Below, piece after piece: positions 1 to 12,487 of a stretch of DNA of 64,000 nt. Below the pieces are notes generated by a model. It was not told the origin of the DNA. It was given only the letters and a program-made list of their open reading frames with translations, and searched no databases. Where the stretch lies: positions 8,928,001-8,992,000 of the forward strand of contig NC_047083.1 in NCBI RefSeq assembly GCF_902459465.1, in the 5' to 3' direction. Positions within the stretch are counted from its first letter, which is position 1. Every line of letters begins with the position of its first letter. A program made the position numbers and the translations under genes. Source of the stretch: Asterias rubens. Taxonomy: Eukaryota.

Positions 1-48
1 AAACAAAACAACAAACCTACCTTAATATCCTAGTATTGAATAATTTAC

Positions 49-3000
49 TGAGTTGAGGTACGAGAAGCTTGTAGTAGGGAGATGATGACGTGTTTGAAGT
101 CATGATGAAGCTGCAATCTACACAGCCCTTGTGCATCTCTTGTGAGGAAACTGCTGCTCCTCATCATCTTAATGAACCTGTACACAGGAATAAAATAGTA
201 AAGAATTGTATGAATTATAAGAGCCAATGATCAAATTTGACAGTCTGTATCTAAATTTAACCTTGTTCCAAACAAACAGTGTACTGGCTTATTTATTAAA
301 CTATTTTTTAATCTATTAAACAATATCATAAACAATTTCATATCCCATCAATAGTGATGAACATTACAAATTAAACCAGTAGGCCCTAGTCTCTGAAGTA
401 GAATTGTTTAAAAGTTTTATCAATGTTTATTTAGTTACTTCAATAAACATTGATTCAACTTTTAAACAATTCTACTTCTGAGACTAGGGCCTATTGGTTT
501 AAAAGCTGCCCACAAATGAGATAGGAAGTTGTCTATTATAAAGTTTGTGTTAAAGAAGTTTGCTCTTGTGACGTGACAGTTTTTGTGACAGCACTTTTGA
601 TTATTGAAGTAACAAATAAAACTAAATGGAATTGAGCGGAAAACCTATGAGTTGTTTATTTGTTTCACAACATTATTTAATAAGTGGGACTAAGACACTA
701 TGTAGGCTGGTAATAGAATGGGGTACATCTTGGGGCGGTTCAAGATGGAAAGAAAAGTGGGAGGTTGGGATGAAAGTAAAAGGCTAATAGTAGAAGAGGG
801 TATATCTTGGGGGCAGTTCAAGAATGACAGAAAAGGGGGAGGTTGGGAACAAAGTACAGGGCTAAATAGTAAAGGAGGGTTTATTTTGGGGGTGGTCCAA
901 GAATGAGAGAAAAGGGAGAGGTTGGAATTGAAGTACAAGGCTAATAATAGAAGGGCTATCTTGGGGCGGTTCAAGATGGCAGAAAAGTGGTAGGTTGCGA
1001 TGGAAGTACCAGGCTATCAGTAGAAGGGGTACATCTTGTGGGCGGGTTCAAGAATGACAGAAAAGGGGAGGTTGGGATGGAAGTAGAAGAGGGTTTATTT
1101 TGGGGGCGGTTCAAGAATGATAGAAAAGGGGGAGGTTGGAATTGAAGTACAAGGCTAATAATAGAAGGGCTATCTTGGGGCGGTTCAAGATGGCAGAAAA
1201 GTGGTAGGATGCGATGGAAGTACCAGGCTATCAGTAGAAGGGGTACATCTTGTGGGCGGGTTCAAGAATGACAGAAAAGGGGAGGTTGGGATGGAAATAC
1301 AAGGCTAATAGTAGAAGGGGAATATCTTGGGGAGGTTCAAGACGAAAAGAAAAGGGAGAGGTTTGGATCGATTGTACTAGGCTATTAGTAAAAGGGGTAT
1401 ATTTTTGGGGCGGTTCAAGATAATAGAAGGGGTATATCTTTGGGGCGGTTCAAAGTGGAATGAAAAGGGGAGGTTGGGATGGAAGTACAAGGCTAATAAT
1501 AGAAGGGGTATCTTGGGGGCGGTTCAAGATGGAAAGAAAAGGGGGAGGTTTGGGATAATGAATTGTACTAGGCCATATAGTAAAAAGGGTATATCTTGGG
1601 GGCGGTTCAAGTTGGAATGAAAAGGGGGATAGAAGGAGTTCATCTTTGGGGGTGGTTCAATGGATAACTATATAGCAATAAAATAAAAAAAAATAAAAAA
1701 ATTAAGTCGTAACTCACCAGTATTTGCAGTAATTTCAAAAGGTGGAGCGTATAGTTAAAACTGTCATCTGCTGAGGGCTCCTTGAGATGTGCTGATAATT
1801 GTTGATGACTAAAACCATGTCTGTTGAAATGATGTACGATACACAGCGAGGTTTCTTCAAGGATTCCTACAGAGGGGAAAACATGCAACAACAATTTGAG
1901 TGAAAAAGAGTTTCGGGATCTTCCATTTTATTATTTTTTATTGATTTCTCAAAGGCATTAAAGTTTGCTCTGAAAGAGGGCCCAACAATTTTCCTCTAGA
2001 AAGGGTCACTTCTTACTAGGAGTAAATGTAAATTCATTTTGAAACTTTGCAAATGCAAAGTACTGCATGACAGCACAGGGCACCACCGCAAGTGAGTTAA
2101 ATTCAAGGCCTGAAGTTAAGTACCTTTAATTTTGAAATAATTAGAAAGGACATAAGCATAAAAAATGCTGTAAAGTGATTTTTTTTTTAAATCTTATCTT
2201 ACATTGAGCATTAAATAAAATTAGACTTGACTTCTTCAACTTATCCGCCGTTCATGTTTGAACTTAGGTTGACAGTAAGTCGAAGGAACATGTAGGGCCG
2301 GGGGCTGCTAAAGTATATTGCCAATAATTTTCACTTTTTAATATACTGTATTCAGATTCAAGTATACTCTGTTAATTTTTTTATCGTTAGTTTGATTAGA
2401 GGGGCCTCCCATGAAAATCCCACAGAATTTAGAATTATAACTTGCGCAAATCAAGAAATTGTGATTCAGTAACTAGACGACAAAATTTAAACTCTGGTCC
2501 TTTGCGATTAAGCTTGGTAGGTAAGATTCAAACCCACAACCTTGTGATTGCAAGTCATGCAGCCTTCTGACTGACATTCGGGTGTTGTACGGCAAAGGGG
2601 TCTTACACATAGGAAAGTGTGATGAGAGTCAACAAATGCTACCACTCAGTCAACGGCAACAATATTATTATCAAAAATTGCCATCACCGTTTTTTTAACA
2701 GAAAATCAGCTACGAGCTTCATCACGAATTCACGCTAAGAAGTTTGTTTGTTTGTTTGTTTGAATGATCTTCCAATCAAGGGAACTCGGCAAACTCCCAC
2801 AAGGGATATAAACACCAAGCTGGCAACAGCCAATCTCTCTCACAAACATATTGGTTTAATGTCTATGATTATGAATTACACAAATCAAGAAACTGTGATT
2901 CATTAACTTGTTCTAGTCATTGTGAAATCAGCGGTTAGCTGGGGATTTGAACCCACAACCTTGAAGTTGTGATTGCAAGTCCTGCAGTCTACTCTAACCA

Positions 3001-3377
3001 CTTGACCAGTGAAGTTGCTGTGACTGGTGAGTGAGTGTGATCTCATCTCATTCAATCATGGTAGGGGTTAAACTGAGTAAGTACCAATGACTTTACAACA
3101 CAATTGTGACTGCCCAGTCAATCATATCCATGGAGTAACTTAACTAACTTAATTATGTACACAGTGTACACAAAAACCAATGCCATCCAACAGCACCAAC
3201 AACGTATCCAAAAACTGATTCTCAACGAAACAAGTTTTATAAGATTAATCCCACTAAAACAGGGTGCCCCACGGCATCTAAGATACACACCAATAATCTA
3301 CCATCTATTGCCATACGAACTAATCAACACACTAAACAAACAAATTGTTACTTACCGGTGTTTTGTGATGAAAACAT
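49..3377 (-). CDS. 5' part of an unidentified multi-exon gene, continuing off the window; weak, unverified resemblance to the N-terminus of Lines/LINS1-like proteins
   Basis: GT-AG bounded exons: 3356-3377 (ATG..ACC G|gtaagt, phase 1), 1718-1866 (tctgtag|..ILEETSLCIVHHFNRH..LLKLLQIL|gtgagt) and 49-177 (tacag|..FIKMMRSSS..FKHVIISLLQ..|gtaaat). Exons 1 and 2 join in frame. Exons 2 and 3 are phase-incompatible, so an exon or acceptor is unresolved. Confidence 0.5.
382..491. mobile_element. small foldback MITE
   Basis: GGCCCTAGTCTCTGAAGTAGAATTGTTTAAAAG is nearly the reverse complement of AAACAATTCTACTTCTGAGACTAGGGCC; TA on both flanks. Confidence 0.6.
715..1660. repeat. purine/G-rich minisatellite, ~75-bp unit, ~13 copies, intronic
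   Basis: The motif TCTTGGGGGCGGTTCAAGA..GAAAAGGGGGAGGTTGGGATGGAAGTACAAGGCTAATAGTAGAAGGGG recurs about every 64-83 bp. Confidence 0.9.
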
Positions 3378-3452
3378 TTTTAACTTTAAAACCACTGGGA
3401 GCAGACGACATGTTTATGAAGATTTCGCGATGCACATGCGCGGTTTCCAGGA

Positions 3453-3790
3453 ACACAGCGCCCTCTCTCAGTTGAATAAAAATAATTACATGAAAATTAA
3501 GACAGCGCCCTCAGGGTCGGCAAATTATTGAACAAAATTGAAGACAGCGCCCCCAGCGGTGGACAAGTATTGACCATAAATTGAGGACAGCGCCCTCAGC
3601 GTTGGAAAACTGTTGACCAAACTTGTAGACAGCGCCCCCAGCGGTGGACAAATATTGACCATAAATTGAAGACAGCGCCCTCAGCGTTATAACAATATTG
3701 ACATAAATTGAAGCCAGCGCCCCCAGCGGTGGAAAAATATTGACCATAAAATAAATACAGCGCCCTCTGCGTTGAACAAATAATTGAGGT
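3453..3790. repeat. 42-43-bp tandem array immediately upstream of the first gene
   Basis: ACAGCGCCC(C/T)C at ~3455, 3502, 3544, 3587, 3629, 3672, 3714 and 3757, mostly followed by AGCGGTGGA(C/A)AAATATTGACCATAAATTGAA-like sequence. Confidence 0.9.
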
Positions 3791-5101
3791 TTGGGATGGG
3801 GGAGATAATTAAAAAATAAGTGGTACGCCCTCAAGTTGTGAACTTTTAGGGGTATTTGTATGACTCAAATTTTGTTTAATAACAACTACATATATTTCAA
3901 AGGCTTATGTCTCCAATTTTGTATAACTTAAGTTGAATTATGACCATCCACTCCCCCCACCATCCCCTCCCCCTAAAATAGGGTTTACCCAAATTCTGTT
4001 TTAATTATTTAAAAGGTGGGGCAGGGCCTAATGATTTAGAAGGGGAGAGGTCACGACCTCTTTCACGACCCTGACCGGCAAACCTTGAACATTGTAGGTC
4101 CTTTCTGGCAGGCAAGACACTGCACTGGTCAGATGGGATGTGTTAGGCAACATTTTCACACTTCAAGAGTTTCATAATTACAGCTAGATTAAACTTTTAA
4201 GATTATTCATCATTATTTTAAAACAACTAATATAAATTCCAGTACCCGTTGCATTTTTCTTCATATACAAACTTTTAATGATAAATGAAAACAGTTGCAG
4301 ATAGACCACTAATGGGGCATCATACTAACTGAACACAAAAACCACACCAAATATACACTACAGTTGGATGTATTCTGTGGCAGAATTTATTACTTTTAAT
4401 CATTATTTTTTGGAAATATTTAAACTAAACTAAACCTCCATTGAAATTGCTAACAATACCTTTGTGTTTTTTGTCTCTTGCTGTTACAAGCCCGATTCTA
4501 AATCCACAATAGCAATAAAAGTAGGAAAAATAAGTTACTATTATAAACTATAAGTCATCAGGTTTACTTGAACAATACATCCACAACAAATGTATTTCAC
4601 AATCATTATTTTATTAATGAAAACTCACAATTAAAGTGAAAGAAATAAAACACATTTTAGTTTTATTGTGGATATTTTTCCTCTTGTACCCTAGTGTCAT
4701 GCCTTACAAGAAGTTATCAACTACAAGAAGTTATCAAATACTCAGATTTCTAATTCCAACAATACAGAAGTTTGTAGAGCTAACAAAAAAGTAAAAACTT
4801 GTGGAAATTTGTACCAGAGCAACCTGACAACATTATCTATTACACTTCCCATGTTTAAACTAAATATTTAGAAATAACAATGTGATCCAATTATATACAT
4901 AGAAACCATATTTTCAAACCATTTTTTTAATAACTGTACCTCCCCTCCAGCACTCTACGGGTGACCCACTTGAACTTCTATTGTTGCCAAGGTGCGAACC
5001 AAGTGGGGGAGATACTTCTCAAGTTTGGTAGGGACAATAAATAAAGAGTTCAAAACCAACTCTCTTGTAAGTAGTTCACAACCAACTTGCAGCAACCTTA
5101 A

Positions 5102-5457
5102 AGGAACACGTTGCCTTGGATCGGACGAGTTGGTCTTTGAAAAGCGTTTGTAACCGTTTGTTATAAAATGCATAATAGGTAGAAAGATATTTTAAAAGTA
5201 GAATACAATGATCCACACACATTTGCCTCGAATTTGCATGGTTTTCCTTTTACTTTGCGAACTAAAATTTGACTCCCATAAATGGCCGACTGTGTTTGTC
5301 GACGAGAAAAAGGAAAACCACACAATTTCGAGTGATACTTGTGTGGATCATTATATTATACTTTTAAAATATTCTTTCTAATCATATGCATTTTATAACA
5401 AACGGTTACAAACGCTTTTCAAAGACCAACTCGACCGATCCAAGGCAACGTGTTCCT
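5102..5457. mobile_element. TTAA-target MITE with long TIRs (Kolobok/T2-type, family A); second copy at 33147-33527
   Basis: TTAA|AGGAACACGTTGCCTTGGATCGG...CCGATCCAAGGCAACGTGTTCCT|TTAA. A TTAA TSD with AGG termini is the Kolobok/T2 signature. Confidence 0.8.
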
Positions 5458-5554
5458 TTAAAGATTCTAGCATTATCAGTTAGATGCTAAGTATTAAAAC
5501 TTCCAGTTTTCACTGGTAACATTTTTTGTTTAGGGTTGAGGAACAGGATATGTC

Positions 5555-6050
5555 AACAGTTCACAACCAACTTGCAGCGAGCAGAAAGACTCTAATCTTA
5601 TGGGTGGGACACTCGACCTAACAAACTGATATCTGTCACAGGGTTCACAACCCGTTTTCAGGGGATAAATTTTTGTGGTGAGTTTAAGAACAAAGATGTC
5701 TCTTGTATACTTCACAACCAACTTGCAGCGAGCACAAAGACTTGAATCTTATGGGTAGGACACCTGAACATAAAAACTGATGTTTGCCCAGAGGGTTCGC
5801 ATCCAACTTGCCGGACCTCTCTTAGACAAGAGATTTCTTGTGTGTCGTTCACAATAAACTTGCATCGAGTACAAAGGCTCTAGTCTTATGGGTGGGCGTG
5901 GGATATTTGAACACCAAAACTGATACCTGTGAAGGGTTCACATCCTGTTTTCAGTGGGTTTGTGGTTGAGCGATACATGTATCTCTCTTTAGTAGTTCAT
6001 CATAAGAGATGTCTATAGAGTGGGTTCACATCCAGCTTGCAGTGGGCGCA
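5555..6050 (-). repeat. degenerate ~140-150-bp tandem array downstream of the JmjC stop, related to the last coding exon
   Basis: TTCACAACCAACTTGCA-like motif at 5075, 5560, 5711, 5796 and 5848, and in the coding exon at 6025 (TTCACATCCAGCTTGCA). Confidence 0.7.
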
Positions 6051-9000
6051 TGGAAATTCCTTGGTCAAAAAGGGCTCATACCTAAAAGAACAACAGTAAT
6101 TTTGATTATTTGAATTAGTTGAAATCAAGTAAAGGTCAGAGCACTCTCCCAGTGGCCAAATGCCAGGTAAAATGCCAGGGCCAACTTTCAAAAAGCCTGT
6201 AAGCATACAAAATTGCTAGTCCTAGCAAAATGACAAGATGAGAAATCAAGAAATACGCAGGCAACTTAACATGAACACAACAATAATGGATGTAGTGACC
6301 AGACGCCGCCTGAACTGGTTTGGCCATGTTATCAGAATGCCAGCCTACAGGCAAACCAACCTGGTCTACTACAGTGACTTCAACACTCCACGCCATCGCG
6401 GACGCCCACCATTGCGCTGGAAGGTGCAAATTCAGGATGATGCCAACGATCCACTTCATGAGGCAGAGCATTTAGCTAGAAATAGACCTGAATGGGGACG
6501 GTTTTCCAAGGAGGCCAAGGGACACCAGTCCTAAGCAGCTAAGTAAGTAAGTAAGTCCTATCTAGCTAGCTGTAGCTCAGGTTGTACCCTAGCCACCTCT
6601 CTGTGACTAGCCACCAGGACCAATCTTCATAAAGCCTGTAAGCACAAAAAAACATGCTAAGCAAGAACCATCTCTGCCCACACAGGTACCCATTTACCAC
6701 TGGGTGGAGAGAAGCACTTAGAGTGAAGCATCTTGCTCAATGACTCAAGTGTCAAACCAGGATTCGAACCCACACTCTGATGAATTAAAGGCAGTGGACA
6801 CTATTGGTAATTAGTCAAAATAATTATTAGCATAAAACCTTACTTGGTAACGAGTAATGGTGAGAGGTTGATAGTATAACAGGGTGTTAGAATTGGCTCC
6901 CTCTGAAATGACGTAGTTTTCGAGAAAGAAATAATTTTCCACGAATTTGATTTTGAGATTTAGAATTTGAGGTCACGAAATCAAGCATCTGAATGCACAC
7001 AACCTTGTGTGACATGGGTGTTTTTTCTTTTATTATTATCTCGCAACTTCGACGAACAATTGAGCTCAAACTTTCACAGGTTTGTTATTTTATGCATATG
7101 TTGAGATACACCAAGTGAGGAGACTGGTCTTTGACAATTACCAATAGTGTCCATTGTCTTTAACCACCAGAACTTGAACTCGATGCTCTAGCCCACACTG
7201 CTATTAGATCCTATGATGACAAGGCTATCAAGCTGTAGCTGAAGCTGCTTCACAAGAAAAAGCTCTAGGGTTTTTTATTTTAAAATTCTTACCAGAAATT
7301 GACGGCCAGATTTCGTCTTTCAGTCTCGTTGGGATAAGACTGCACTTCGTGCCACCAGAAAGCCGGCATGAACAAAACGTCTCCTTCATTGATGGTACAG
7401 TTTAGAGGATGTGTCTTTGCAAATGCAGGAAATCTCTGCAGGAGAAAAGAAACACAAAACAAGAGATGATTATCAATTTCGCACATGTATGTCTTTTGTT
7501 ATAGGTCTGAATTCAGCAATGATTGTTTGACTAGATTTCTTCAGATTTTCTTAAAAGAAAAAGAAAAAACAGAGATAAAAAATTTGGCCCTTGTTAAGAT
7601 CAAACCTTCAAATATCTACTTGAAATTCAAGAAAAGTCTGTAAACAATTCCAAAATACATCCAGGGAGCTTCATTAATGCACCAAGAGGGAACTGTTATC
7701 AAGGAGGATTTGTTATTCTCGTACTATCTCACCCCTGACTTTTAAACCCAAATAGAAATAATCCCTGATCCCGACACTCAATCAATCAATCAATCGACCG
7801 CAGAGCCAGCAAGGGTCTGTCGCGCCAATCTCCTGTGTCCATGTCCTACAGCCTCACGCCACATGTGGTCGATTTCGCTAGGCCGGCCAAGTTGTTGGGC
7901 CCAGGATGATCGAGGGCGGCCTCTGGGTCTCTTCCAGCCAGGAGCCAGTGCTAGGCCTCCCCTGGAGTTGATGGCGATACTTAGAGTTTTTTTAGCTGGG
8001 ATGTTGTCAGCTAAGGGAGCAACATGACCGAAGAAGGCAGAGTGGGACACTGTTCACCTCAAAAACCATTTACCTCAAAATCTGGGTTCAGGATGTCAGC
8101 AGGGGCCATGACCATTGCTGTACTCTCCAAGAGTTTCTTGCGTCGGAATGTACCACTATGTCGGTCGTATCCTAAAATTGCCTCGGGGATGTGGCCCTCG
8201 TACATCTTGGTGTTGTCATGTGGCTCAAAGAGAATCAGCTGTTTTCTTCCTCGGATCTGAAGAAAAGAAAAGAAGTAAACGATTTTAGGTTGAACAAAGA
8301 ACAATCGACTCAGGCCAGACTTGAACCTGCAACCAACTGAGGCCATTTTCAATCAATCATACCTGACACAGAAAATTATCAAACGGGTCAAAGTGTAGCT
8401 TTCCTAAAGTGTTGCCGTCACTCAGCCAAATGTTTAGATGTCTCCGCTTCAAAAGACCCTGGACAAAAGGAAACTCTTCCACATTCTGTTCAAGCTCCGG
8501 GAGATAATTTGGGATCGAGGAATACTCCAGATAGGCAGATGCTCTATAAGTTAAGATAAAACAGAAACAAAATAGAATCACCTGAAACATTTGCATCATT
8601 TAGAGCAAAGTTTACCAACTTTTTTAACACACCAGGAAAAGATAAGACTAGTTGTAATAAGAATCAACATGTACTAGAGAAATAATCTCTCAATGAATTG
8701 CAGTAGGTCTAAAAAGTATTCTGAAACTGGGCCCTCGTCTCGGACTAGAAAAAGTTTTGGTCTCAGAGGACTTGTTCTTGAAAGTCCTCCTAGTAAAGGG
8801 GTCTTGGATGTCACTGCCTCAATTTGTTTTTCTTTTCTCTTTTACTACGACACAGGTAAATTGTAATAGCAAAATTAAACAATGTTGGGAAGATGCACCA
8901 AGAGCAAGACCAGCTCTATGGTTTACTTTCTACTTTCTAGTCTACATGTAGGAAATTAGGTAGCGTAATATTTACAGGGTTTAATTTTACCCACGGTAAA

Positions 9001-10392
9001 AATAGCCCTTTTTCAGTATTCTGTAAAGTCTCAAACGTCTCCTGTTTGAAATTTTTCAGAGTCTTTTTTATACCTCGGCTTTTGCTTCTCTGAAGTAGAA
9101 GTGTTGCTATGGTTTCCAATCATGTCCAGGAATTCAGAAAACTTCACGTTTATCGACGCGGGTCGCACAACGACGAGGTCAGGAAACGGTAATTTCTCAA
9201 AAATGTTCTTCGGAATCTCAAGAGTTCCGTGTTCTTCCCAGTTAGTGACATCATCAACCCCTTCGAAGAGTCCATCCGGGGCTAGCTTGATGTGAACCTC
9301 ATTATTGCCGTAACGCTCACGAAGGAAATCCATCGTCCATTTGTGAAGCGCATCCCAGTGGGCTGTAGCGCCCTCTATGATAACAGGTTTGGAGGCTTTC
9401 AGGTATTTGTTAAAGAACTCGCCTCTGGTGGGAACAGTAGTGAGTCTTTCACATTGTGTGATCTTCTTTTCATCAATATAAAACTGATGAGTGTCCTGTT
9501 TATTATTGTACACGGATTCTGTACAACAAGTGTTGTCTTTTACATCACAAGATTTCACACTCACAGTTTTGTCGTTAACAAAAAGATCGGCATTTGGACA
9601 ATCACTCTGCGCAATGTCACAATAACATCCCTCCATACTTTGATGGCATTGATCACTAAATATTATGGACTCACACTTGGGTCGTCTACAAAATTGTTCT
9701 CCAGTATTCTCTGAGATATTGTTAATAATTTCAAGGCTTGGAGATGAAACAAGATTCCGACGGTGGCGATCAAAATGCAACATGGTGAAATTTGAAATTT
9801 TTGATACATGGAAAAGATTCTTGTGAATGGATTCTCTGTGCAAACCTCCATACGTCAGTCCTCCATTCAGGTTTATGAATGTATTGCACTTATCGTTCAC
9901 CCACTCTAAAACTGTTTTTATGTTGAGAAAGCCTGTGAACAACACCGCTTTGGGGTTTTCGCTCATCGACGCCACACTCAGGCAAGTTCTGTCTTTTTTA
10001 TACTTTGGAAAGAGAGTCAAAACTCCATTTTTATCAGTGGATGCAAAGGACATTTTTGACTCTTTATCAACCCAATGTACTGACTGACCATTCGGCCATG
10101 TTAAATCATCAACATCACCATTAACAATGCCTGCCTTCACTTCTTTCTCATGATTTCCTTTTTGAAAAATGTCATGCAAGTTTGAAATTATTTCGGAGTT
10201 CTTATCAGATGAATTTTGAGAGAAAAATACTACCAGACATGTTTTCTGTACTTGCGTGAGGATCTTTGATGGATTTAACTCGTCTGGCTGACAGCAGCTT
10301 CCGTAAAACGTGAGAATATAGGTTGAAATCAAGACAAATTCTGCAATCTTTAGCAGACAGCTTTTTCTTTTCCTCACCCTGGAGGCCGCCAT
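6000..10392 (-). CDS. JmjC (cupin-8, FIH/JMJD7/JMJD8-like) 2-oxoglutarate/Fe(II) dioxygenase with N-terminal hydrophobic segment, 635 aa, 5 exons
   Basis: Exons 9074-10392, 8363-8543, 8074-8256, 7293-7435 and 6000-6081 are all GT-AG and phase-consistent (1908 nt). Motifs: KPVIIEGA..WDA..KWT, KLHFDPFDN (HxD), GDVLFMPAFWWHEVQS (distal His), NLAVNFWY. Confidence 0.9.
6180..6556 (+). mobile_element. 5'-truncated RTE-clade LINE 3' fragment with (TAAG)n tail, in JmjC intron
   Basis: ORF 6238-6534 has RRRLNWFGHVIRM...RGRPPLRW, typical of RTE C-termini, followed by TAAGTAAGTAAGTAAG. Confidence 0.75.
6789..7159. mobile_element. TTAA-target MITE (Kolobok-type, family B) inserted into a tRNA-derived SINE; other copies at 12108-12487 and ~24933-25281, partial copies near 23770-24000, 27760-28130 and 62135
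   Basis: TTAA|AGGCAGTGGACACTATTGGTAATT...AATTACCAATAGTGTCCA(C/T)TG(C/T)CT|TTAA. The flanks rejoin into the SINE sequence GGATTCGAACCCACACTCTGATGA..CCACCAGAACTTGAACTCGATGCTCTA. Confidence 0.85.
7776..8045 (-). mobile_element. RTE-clade LINE 3' fragment with (TGAT)n tail
   Basis: The minus-strand ORF has WKRPRGRPRSSW..WREAVGHGH and ends in a GATTGATTGATTGA tail. Confidence 0.7.
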
Positions 10393-12107
10393 TTTGATAA
10401 AACGCGCCCTCTGTTGTCGAACAACGCGAAATTTCTAAGTGATTACGTGTACAATTATTTTTATAAATGAAAATAAATAAATTAATTTAAGGACTTGTAT
10501 TCAACTGAAATCCAGTCCAAATGATGTACATTGCTTCCAATGCTACACCTCTTCAAATTGAATTTCTGTTTAAGCCCAAAGAAAATTGAAATGCATTTTA
10601 AAAGTCAGTTACTTGAGGCATGATTTGAAGGAAATAAATATTTCTTAATTTTGGTTATTCCCCAAGTTTTGTCCTATGAAATACACTTTAATGTCCAAGG
10701 AACCAGCGATTAAATATTGATGTTTGATCCCCAAAATCATCACCAGCAAAATAAGTCATACAAGTATCACTATAAATAAGTTATTTAAACATCACAATAA
10801 ACGAAACTGGGAAACCACACAATAATAATATCAACTTTAATTATGATAATTTATTCAAATTATGTTTGTTTTACATTAAACCAAACTGGTTGCCTAACCA
10901 TTATGAAGCCATCAAATGATATGCAGGTATTTCACACATAAAGATGCATTTAATTTAAATATCTTCAAAAAGTCCATGGATCAATTTGGGTGACAAAAGT
11001 GTCCTTTGAAAGAAAAAAAAGGATAACGAAGGAACTAACTGTAACCTGAAATTCCTCACAATTGACCCTTTTTTATTTTAAGTATGGACATTTGTAATCT
11101 CCCTTATGCAAGTTGTCAGATCCATTCCTTTTCCCCAAAAAATTAATTCAACTTAAAGGTATTTATACAGGATTGGTCAAGGACACAATTTGAGTTAAAT
11201 TAATTTAATTTCAATCTGCAATGTTTTTAATTAGGGGAGTGGCTTAACTATTCCACCTTGTTTATTACCAATTTGCCTCCTATTTAATTTCAATTTTTAA
11301 ATTGATGTAAAATCGTTGTTATTCAGCCTTTGTGCTGCGAGGACAGTTTTTTAATAAACCATTTTATCTTTATATGTCATAAAACCACAATTGTTTCTGA
11401 AAAATTATTCTGAAGGCTGTGTTGATTATAATAAATGAAGTTTATTCGATTTCCCTTGAAATGAAGCAATAATTTGAAAAACTATTCTGAAAAATTAAAA
11501 TAAAATGCTTGACAGAAGAGTCAGTTGCTGCCAACAAAATTATGGAACAATGTCTATAAATTGTTTTCCACTAATTTCTCCTAAATGTGGCCCAAATTTG
11601 CACAAGTTTGTTAAAATTTCATGTATGGTCCGGTTGATCACATAAACATGAAAACTGCCTTTGAACTATTTTGTCAGCTGTACCAATCCTGTATAGTTAA
11701 AAACCTTCAAAAGATAAATCAAAATAAAATAAATTAAACCATCTCAGGCAACTGGTCGTTTATCTTGCTAAAATCTACTGGTTAATTATAATATAGCATG
11801 TTATAAACAATTCCACTGTTTTACACCCCTCCTTCTTTATGTATAATATACAAATAAAATCCTCACCCAAAGTTCTTGAATTATAAGTATGTTTTCTTTT
11901 CTTCATCAAGAAAGTGAAATATACAAAGATTGATTCTTTAAAAGTTTTGAGAAACAACAAATTATAGAGATTTGTGTTCTACTCGTTTTGGGGATAAAAC
12001 CACTAGACCAATGGGTTTTGAACCTCAGCACTTCCATTGGAAAAACAATAATTTTCAAAACGGAAAACTTCCCCTTATTTTGCTGTTTTTTTCCCCCACA
12101 TTCTTAA

Positions 12108-12487
12108 AGGCAGTGGACACTATAGGTAATTGTCGAAGACTAGCCTTCACAGTTGGTGTATCTCAACATATGCATAAAATAACAAACCTGTGAAAATTTG
12201 AGCTCAATCGGTCATCAAACTTGCAAGATAATAATGAAAAAAAAACCACACCCTTGTCACACGAAGTTGTGTGCATTTAGATGGTTGATTTCGAGACCTC
12301 AAGTTCTAAATCTGAGGTCTCGAAATCAAATTCGTGGAAAATTACTTCTTTCTCAAAAACTATGGCACTTCAGAGGGAGCCGTTTCTCACAATGTTTTAT
12401 ACCATCAACCTCTCCCCATTAACCATTACCAAGTAAGGTTTTATGCTAATAATTATTTTGAGTAATTACCAATAGTGTCCACTGCCT
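12108..12487. mobile_element. Kolobok-type MITE family B, full copy
   Basis: TTAA at 12104-12107 and 12488-12491, with TIR AGGCAGTGGACACTAT.. Confidence 0.85.

Noticed and set aside
690-1620. ORFs in the minisatellite (690-974, 718-906, 1405-1620)
   Set aside because: Translations of a low-complexity tandem repeat.
3511-3834. 107-aa ORF, and the 42-43-bp array as a CRISPR-like locus
   Set aside because: The spacers are homologous to each other, the context is eukaryotic, and there are no cas genes. It is a simple tandem repeat.
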